Positions 58,455 to 64,000 of a stretch of DNA of 64,000 bases are shown in pieces. This DNA is from Dehalococcoidia bacterium (lineage in GTDB: Bacteria; Chloroflexota; Dehalococcoidia; Lucifugimonadales; Australimonadaceae), in assembly GCA_963668465.1 (NCBI GenBank), contig OY764542.1:1844363-1908362 (forward strand), in the 5' to 3' direction. Position 1 is the first letter of the stretch. Each line of letters begins with the position of its first letter. The notes under the pieces are model-generated. The model searched no databases, was not told where the DNA came from, and was given only the letters and a program-made list of their open reading frames with translations. Both the position numbers and the translations under genes were made by a program.

Positions 58455-58614
58455 GGCACTCTTGAGATTCTTGATGCTCCGAGACCCCGGGAACAGGCCA
58501 CGGCCAAGGAAAAGCTCCGATCAAGGATCTCAAGGATGCCAAACGGCGCTGCCGGTTCACTCCTGAGAGACGGATCAAGGATGCCAGACTCGACGCCCTT
58601 TGGCACTCTTGATC
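58455..58614 (+). other. AT-richer region with two long imperfect inverted repeats (candidate structured RNA or operator cluster)
   Basis: The arms 58455-58475 and 58520-58540 pair over 21 positions (1 mismatch, 2 G-U). The arms 58573-58586 and 58601-58614 pair over 14 positions. All four arms share the motif TCAAGGAT/ACTCTTGA. Confidence 0.4.
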
Positions 58615-58723
58615 AACGCCGCCCCCACAGGGCGGTCGCTCGCGCATCCGGGCGCGATGGTTTACCCTTACCGACTGCGGCGCGGCGCGCGCCCACAGCA
58701 CTAGATATCAGCGGAGGTGGACG

Positions 58724-59668
58724 GTGACAGTCCTTATCACAGGCGGCATGGGTTTCATCGGCCTGCACACGGCCAGGGCGTTCGTCGACGCAGGCGAAGA
58801 CGTCGTCATCACGTATTACCAGACCTGGCGCGAGCCCTCGTTCATCAAGGACGAGTACGGCAAGAGCGTCATCGTCGAGAAGGCGGACGTCTCGGAGCCG
58901 AGCGTCATCGAGGAAGTGGCGAAGAAGCACAAGGCGGAGCACATCGTGCACCTCGCCGTCCCCGGCGTCATGGCCCTCGGCCCCTACGACGACTACCGCG
59001 TCAACATGAACGGCCTCATCGGCGTGCTGGAGGCGGCCCGAAACGCGGAGGTCAAGCGCCTCTCCCTCGCCAGCTCCATCGCCGTCTACCACAGCATCCC
59101 CAACGGCCCTTACCGCGAGACCGACCGGCTCCCCGTCGAGTCCTCGAACCCCACCGAGACGTTCAAGAAGGCATGGGAGATCCTCGCCTTCCACTACGCG
59201 GGACGCACCGGCCTGGACGTCGTCTCCATGCGTATCGGCGGCATCTGGGGACCGCTCTACCACTCCATGATGAACCTCCCCAGCAGGCTCGCCCACGCCG
59301 CCGTCAACGGCACGGAGCCGGACTACTCCCGCGGCGTCCCCTTCGCCGAGGACACCGGCGACGTCTGCTACGTGAAGGACTGCGCGCAGGGCATCAGGCG
59401 CGTGCAGCTCACGGAGGACCTGCCGAACCGCATCTATAACGTCAGCTCCGGCATCGCCGTCTCCAACCAGCGCCTCGTCGACGCCGTGAAGGCCGTCAAG
59501 CCGGACGCTAACCTGGCGCTGCAGGACGGCAAGGGCCCTGCCTACAAGGAAGAGAACTACCTGGACATGAGCCGCGCCCGCGACGAGATCGGCTTCGAGA
59601 ACGCTTACACGCCCGAGTCCGCCATGGCCGACTACATCGCCTGGCTGGAAGAAGGCAACGAGAAGTAG
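58724..59668 (+). CDS. NAD-dependent epimerase/dehydratase family protein (paralogue)
   Basis: GTG start after GGAGGTGG. 'LITGGMGFIGLH'. Confidence 0.75.
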   Translation: MTVLITGGMGFIGLHTARAFVDAGEDVVITYYQTWREPSFIKDEYGKSVIVEKADVSEPSVIEEVAKKHKAEHIVHLAVPGVMALGPYDDYRVNMNGLIGVLEAARNAEVKRLSLASSIAVYHSIPNGPYRETDRLPVESSNPTETFKKAWEILAFHYAGRTGLDVVSMRIGGIWGPLYHSMMNLPSRLAHAAVNGTEPDYSRGVPFAEDTGDVCYVKDCAQGIRRVQLTEDLPNRIYNVSSGIAVSNQRLVDAVKAVKPDANLALQDGKGPAYKEENYLDMSRARDEIGFENAYTPESAMADYIAWLEEGNEK

Positions 59669-59670
59669 CC

Positions 59671-60480
59671 ATGCCTGCCCCCACCATCGGCATCGTTGGA
59701 TGCGGCGCGATAGGCAAGGCCATCCTGCGCGCCGCTGACGACGGCACACTCGGCGGCATGGAGGTCGCTGGCGTCGCGAGCCGCACGGAGGCCAGCGCCC
59801 AGGAGTTTCTCGGCACGCTCCGCACGCCCCCGCCCTACATGAGCACGGGCGAACTGATCGAGCAGGCCGATCTGCTCGTCGAGGCCGCGGGCGCGACCAT
59901 CGTGCCCGGCCTCGTCGAAGCCGCCTTCGCGGCCGGCAAGGGCGCGATGGTCATCAGCGTCGGCGCGCTCATCGCCCACCCGGAACTGCTGGACAAGGCG
60001 CGGGAGACCGGCTGCCGCCTGCTCATGCCCTCCGGCGCCATCATCGGCTTGGACGGCATCAAGTCCGCCTCCGTGGGCCGCATAGACCGCGTCGTCATGG
60101 AGTCCCGCAAGGGCCCTGCGGCGCTGGACGGCGCGCCTCACGTCGTCAGGAACGGCATCGACCTCTGGGCGATGGAAGAGGAAGAGGTCATCTTCGAAGG
60201 CTCGGCGCGCGAGGCCTGCATCGGCTTTCCCGCCAACCTCAACGTCTCCGCGGCGGTCAGCTTCGCCGGCATCGGGCCCGACCAGACGACCGTCAAGATG
60301 ATCGCGACTCCCGGCCTCCAGCGGAACTGCCACGACATCGAGGTCGAAGGCGAGTTCGGGCTGATGCGCCTCCACCTGGAGAACATCCCCGGCGAGAACC
60401 CGAAGACCGGGCGGCTCACCGCCATGTCCATCATCCGCACGCTCCAGCAGGAAGCCGACCCCGTCCGGCTGGGCACGTAA
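59671..60480 (+). CDS. nadX: L-aspartate dehydrogenase-like protein
   Basis: '[12 protein letters not shown]', '[10 protein letters not shown]' and '[11 protein letters not shown]', typical of the NadX/DUF108 family. Confidence 0.75.
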   Translation: MPAPTIGIVGCGAIGKAILRAADDGTLGGMEVAGVASRTEASAQEFLGTLRTPPPYMSTGELIEQADLLVEAAGATIVPGLVEAAFAAGKGAMVISVGALIAHPELLDKARETGCRLLMPSGAIIGLDGIKSASVGRIDRVVMESRKGPAALDGAPHVVRNGIDLWAMEEEEVIFEGSAREACIGFPANLNVSAAVSFAGIGPDQTTVKMIATPGLQRNCHDIEVEGEFGLMRLHLENIPGENPKTGRLTAMSIIRTLQQEADPVRLGT

Positions 60481-60494
60481 CGCAAGGAGGACCC

Positions 60495-61220
60495 GTGCCC
60501 CGCATCGACGGCAGACGCAACGACGAGCTGCGCCCCACGAAGATCACCCTCGGCTTCCAGGAGTTCGCGGAAGGCTCCGTGCTCGTGGAGACCGGCATGA
60601 CGCGCGTCGTCTGCGCCGCCTCCATCGAGGAGAAGGCCCCCTTCTTCCTGCGCGGCCAGGGCAAGGGCTGGGTCACCGCCGAGTACGGAATGCTCCCACG
60701 CTCCACGCTCACCCGCACCTCCCGCGAACGCTCCTCCGGCAGCGGCCGCACCCACGAGATACAGCGCCTCATCGGCCGCTCCCTCCGCTCCGTCACCCAG
60801 CTCGAGAGGCTCGGCGAGCGCACCATCACCATCGACTGCGACGTGCTGCAGGCCGACGGCGGCACGCGCACCGCAGCCATCACCGGCGCCTACGTCGCGC
60901 TCTACCAGGCCCTGCTCAGCCTCGTGCGGCACGGCGTGATGCTCCGCGTGCCGCTCGCGGGCAGCGTCGCGGCCACGAGCGTGGGCCTCGTCGGCGGCGA
61001 GACGATGCTCGACCTCTGCTACGAGGAGGACTCCCGCGCAGCCGTCGACCTGAACGTCGTGATGACGAACGGCGGCGAGTTCGTGGAGGTGCAGGGCACC
61101 GGCGAGGAGCACCCCTTCTCCCGTGCAACGCTCGACGAGATGCTGGACCTCGCGGCAGGCGGCATCCGCGAACTCTCGGCGGCGCAGGAAGAGGCCGTAC
61201 AGCGGCTCACCACCGGCTGA
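60495..61220 (+). CDS. rph: Ribonuclease PH
   Basis: GTG start. '[12 protein letters not shown]', '[14 protein letters not shown]' and '[14 protein letters not shown]'. Confidence 0.9.
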   Translation: MPRIDGRRNDELRPTKITLGFQEFAEGSVLVETGMTRVVCAASIEEKAPFFLRGQGKGWVTAEYGMLPRSTLTRTSRERSSGSGRTHEIQRLIGRSLRSVTQLERLGERTITIDCDVLQADGGTRTAAITGAYVALYQALLSLVRHGVMLRVPLAGSVAATSVGLVGGETMLDLCYEEDSRAAVDLNVVMTNGGEFVEVQGTGEEHPFSRATLDEMLDLAAGGIRELSAAQEEAVQRLTTG

Positions 61221-61310
61221 ACGTGGCGCTGCACTCTTGAAGACCAATCCAACCGGCCCCGCACGCCGTATCATGTTTAAGGAAGGGATGTACTCATACC
61301 TGTTGCTGCT

Positions 61311-62531
61311 ATGTCTGATGTAGAGAAGCCCCGATTGCGACCAGCCCAGCTGCTACTGATGGCGATCGCCACAGCCGCGCTCGCCGTCGGTGTATTGGCC
61401 GCGTGCACCAGCACCGCCGCCCCCACGCCAACCCCAACCTCGGAGGGGCCGGCTCCCACCGCTACTCCGGACCCATTTCGCCCGCTTCCGACCCCAACCG
61501 TCGACCCCATCCAGCGGCAGGCGGACCTGCTCACGGCAGCATTCTTCATCGCCGACACCGTGGAGAGGACTATGCCTGCTGTCGTACAAGTGCTCGCCAC
61601 GGTGGAGGAGACCAACGTCTTCGGCCAGACGACGCCAGGCGTCGCCCAGGGCTCCGGCGTCTTCTTCCACGAGGACGGCTACCTGCTGACCAACGACCAC
61701 GTCATCGACGGCGCGGTCGAGGTGGAGGTGGTGCTCTCCAACCGCCAGCGGCTGCCCGCTGAGATCATCGGCACCGACAGGGCGACCGACCTCGCCGTGC
61801 TCAAGGTGGACCCTGACGAGGTGGAGGACCTCGTGATCCTGCGCCTCGGCGACGTGGACAGGCTCCGCATCGGCGAGTGGCTCGTGGCGATCGGCAGCCC
61901 GCTCGGGTTCCAGGGTTCCGTCACTGTAGGTGTCCTGAGCGCCAAGGGACGGTCGCTTGGCACGGGCGACGAACGACTGGACAACCTCCTGCAGACGGAC
62001 GCCGTCATCAACCCCGGCAACAGTGGCGGCCCCCTCCTCAACCTGGGCGGCGAGGTCGTCGGCATCAACACCCGCGTCATCCGCGAATCTTTGAGCGGCG
62101 GCGTCTCCATCGACGGCATGGGCTTCGCGATCAGCGCCGACACCGCCATCCCCGTCGCGCAGCACCTCATCGAGTTCGGACGAGTGGTGCGCCCGCGCAT
62201 GGGCATCACCGTGCAGGACGTCACGCCCACAGCCGTCGCGGAGCGTGGCCTGACGGTAGACGAGGGCGCACTCGTCATCTCCGTCGCCGATGACAGTCCG
62301 GCATCGCGGGCGGGTATAGAGGTGGACGACGTCATCGTGCAGGTGGACGGCGTCCCCATCATCGGCACGAGCCAACTGGTGCTGATGCTCCTCACCGACT
62401 ACCGTGTCGGGGACACCATCAGCGTCGAGGTCGTACGCGCAGCGGTGCGCTTCACCTTCGAGCTCACGCTGGAAGAGGTCGACTTCGGGGAGGAAGAGTC
62501 CGAGGACGAGAACGGCGAGGACGGACCCTAG
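61311..62531 (+). CDS. HtrA/DegP-family serine protease lipoprotein with PDZ domain
   Basis: Lipobox 'LAAC' and a PT linker. 'TNDHVI' and 'NPGNSGGPLLN'. The C-terminal PDZ domain has an acidic tail. Confidence 0.85.
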   Translation: MSDVEKPRLRPAQLLLMAIATAALAVGVLAACTSTAAPTPTPTSEGPAPTATPDPFRPLPTPTVDPIQRQADLLTAAFFIADTVERTMPAVVQVLATVEETNVFGQTTPGVAQGSGVFFHEDGYLLTNDHVIDGAVEVEVVLSNRQRLPAEIIGTDRATDLAVLKVDPDEVEDLVILRLGDVDRLRIGEWLVAIGSPLGFQGSVTVGVLSAKGRSLGTGDERLDNLLQTDAVINPGNSGGPLLNLGGEVVGINTRVIRESLSGGVSIDGMGFAISADTAIPVAQHLIEFGRVVRPRMGITVQDVTPTAVAERGLTVDEGALVISVADDSPASRAGIEVDDVIVQVDGVPIIGTSQLVLMLLTDYRVGDTISVEVVRAAVRFTFELTLEEVDFGEEESEDENGEDGP

Positions 62532-62950
62532 GCGTTCCTCGCGAATATCCGGTCCGGCCTGAGGAGCACGGCGACACGCCCCTCCTCCAGCATCACCCGG
62601 TCGTACTCGTCCCAGTCCGGATGCTCCTTCCCTGCCGCCACGCGGTAGACCTCCCGCAGCCGGAGCCGGAGCCCATCCGCGTCCGAGTTGTCCGGCCCCA
62701 GCACCTCGGCCCTGCCGTCGAGCACCGCGAACCCCCGGTTGCCGGGTTTGACGAGCATGATCGCGCAGCGCGGATCGCGCGCCAGGTTGTAAGCCTTCGC
62801 GTTACGGGAGCGAGTCGTGAAGGCGAGCCCGCCGTCCATCTTCCCGACGGTGACGAGGCTCTGCTGCGGCATCCCATCGCGCCGGAACGTCGTGAATACG
62901 ACGACGTTGTTCTGCGCCAGCAGTCCGTCCAGGTCGTCAAGGGTCGCCAT
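62528..62950 (-). CDS. PPOX-class (pyridoxamine 5'-phosphate oxidase-like) F420-dependent-type protein
   Basis: A 140-aa ORF. 'VVFTTFRRDGMPQQSLVTV' and 'DPRCAIMLV' are typical of the split-barrel fold. Confidence 0.65.
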   Translation of the reverse strand: MATLDDLDGLLAQNNVVVFTTFRRDGMPQQSLVTVGKMDGGLAFTTRSRNAKAYNLARDPRCAIMLVKPGNRGFAVLDGRAEVLGPDNSDADGLRLRLREVYRVAAGKEHPDWDEYDRVMLEEGRVAVLLRPDRIFARNA

Positions 62951-63093
62951 CGAGCATCCTCCGAAGGTGGGGTGGGGCGCTCACGATAGAAGCCCCGGCA
63001 GCTACTGTCAAAGCGCCGCGCGGTTTCCCTCAAGGCCGCACGCGGCTACCATGCGAGGACAGCGGTCTCCACCGGGCCGCGTGGAGACGCCCC

Positions 63094-64000
63094 TTGGAAC
63101 CCCAGACCCCCGCCTCCGGCACACCGCGCCAACCGCGCATCTTCTACGGCTGGTACCTCGTTGCCGGAAGCATCCTCACGAACACCGTCCTGTCAGCGGC
63201 CTACTTCCAGGGGATGAGCGCCTTCGCCGTCTCCATCGAGGGGCACTTCGGCTGGTCGCGCTCCGTGGTCGGCGGGGCGATGTCCATGCGGCAGATGGAG
63301 TCCGGCATCACCAGCCCGCTCGTGGGCATCCTGCTGGACAAGGTGAAGCCACGCACGCTCCTCTTCTGGAGCGCCATCATCACCGGCCTCGGCATGGTCG
63401 GCCTGGGGTTGATCAACGGCATCCTCACGTTCTACCTCGCGATCTTCGTCATCTCCATCGGCACGTCGGGGATGAGCCACGCCGTGACGTGGCCGGTGCT
63501 CATCGCGCGCTGGTTCCGGCGCAAGCTGGGCACCGCGACGGGATGGGCGGTGATGGGGCCCATCTTCGGGTCGCCGTTCGTCATCCTGAACACCTCGCTC
63601 GAGGAGACATTCGGCTGGCGGAACATCATCATCGCCTACGGCGTTATCGTCCTCGTGTTCCTGACGCTCATCAGCGCCATCGCCCGCGAGCGGCCGGAGC
63701 CCTACGGCCTGCGCCCCGATGGCGACCCGCCGGAGCGCGACGCACAGGGCGTCGCCGTAAGAACGCTCTCCCCGCCCTGGGGCATGACCGCTCGCGCGGC
63801 GGCCCGCACCAAGGAGTTCTGGCTGTTCATGGGCTACCTCTCCGGCATGTTCATGGTGAACTCCGCGTTCCAGGTGCACCAGATCTTCTACTTCGTGGAG
63901 GACACGGGCCTGACCAAGAGCGAGGCGGCGGTGACGTTCACCCTCGTCTTCCTGCTCAGCGGCATCGGCCGCCTGGGAGCAGGGTACATGCTGGACAAGG
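63094..64000 (+). CDS. MFS transporter (3' end outside window; start uncertain)
   Basis: An open frame (63136 phase) reads 'RIFYGWYLVAGSILTNTVL...GILLDKVKPR...'. It is missing from the ORF track because it has no stop in the window. A TTG at 63094 with GGAGA upstream is the best start seen. Confidence 0.7.
   Translation, partial: MEPQTPASGTPRQPRIFYGWYLVAGSILTNTVLSAAYFQGMSAFAVSIEGHFGWSRSVVGGAMSMRQMESGITSPLVGILLDKVKPRTLLFWSAIITGLGMVGLGLINGILTFYLAIFVISIGTSGMSHAVTWPVLIARWFRRKLGTATGWAVMGPIFGSPFVILNTSLEETFGWRNIIIAYGVIVLVFLTLISAIARERPEPYGLRPDGDPPERDAQGVAVRTLSPPWGMTARAAARTKEFWLFMGYLSGMFMVNSAFQVHQIFYFVEDTGLTKSEAAVTFTLVFLLSGIGRLGAGYMLDK

Noticed and set aside
58242-58727. 161-aa ORF in the epimerase intergenic region
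   Set aside because: It has atypical composition for this genome (low GC3, Ser/Pro/Thr/Arg-rich) and no RBS. It spans repeat and inverted-repeat DNA and overlaps the next gene's start. It was treated as non-coding.
63193-63879. 228-aa minus-strand ORF
   Set aside because: It is antisense to a clearly hydrophobic MFS transporter frame that runs off the window end and is therefore missing from the ORF track.

Overview
This is a visibly GC-rich bacterial chromosomal segment, almost fully coding, analysed by eye with no searches. Three things point to a Chloroflexota (Dehalococcoidia/SAR202-like) genome: the 16S sequence, a 16S gene with no linked 23S, and many lipoproteins with Pro/Thr-rich linkers after the lipobox Cys. 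This taxonomy is an inference.

**Housekeeping genes**
- DEAD-box helicase, proS, pdxS/pdxT, tmk, katG
- prfB with its programmed +1 frameshift, which the ORF track misses
- recR, ybaB, dnaX, ybeY, recO, ftsH, pyrD, greA
- ileS behind a T-box leader
- rph, htrA, and a Fur-family regulator followed by znuA, znuC and znuB

**RNA genes**
- 16S rRNA followed by tRNA-Ile(GAU) and a terminator
- tRNA-Pro(GGG)

**Accessory oxidoreductases**
- Rieske oxygenase, LLM/F420-type, DDN-type and PPOX-type enzymes
- Four SDRs, two epimerases and two DinB-fold proteins
- An ASST-like propeller

**Most interesting observations**
1. A near-consensus promoter carries three phased GAAC-N4-GTTC (LexA/Cheo-type) boxes. 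It drives a terminase-large-subunit-like protein with apparently degenerate catalytic motifs, plus a Cys-rich HTH protein.
2. A helically phased 5x TTGC/GCAAC array lies upstream of a translationally coupled operon: a terminase-small-subunit-like HTH protein, a 31-aa ORF and an acidic-tail protein.
3. Two tandem secreted paralogues share a Trp-rich C-terminal motif. The duplication also copied the helicase promoter and 5' end.
4. Several GC-rich hairpin repeat families are present, and two of them are inserted in frame into ileS. ileS is also split by a 1-nt frameshift.
5. greA appears to carry an N-terminal integrase-SAM-like extension.
6. An AT-richer region upstream of an epimerase-nadX-rph cluster contains long imperfect inverted repeats.

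Many long ORFs in the track are antisense artefacts of high GC and were discarded.
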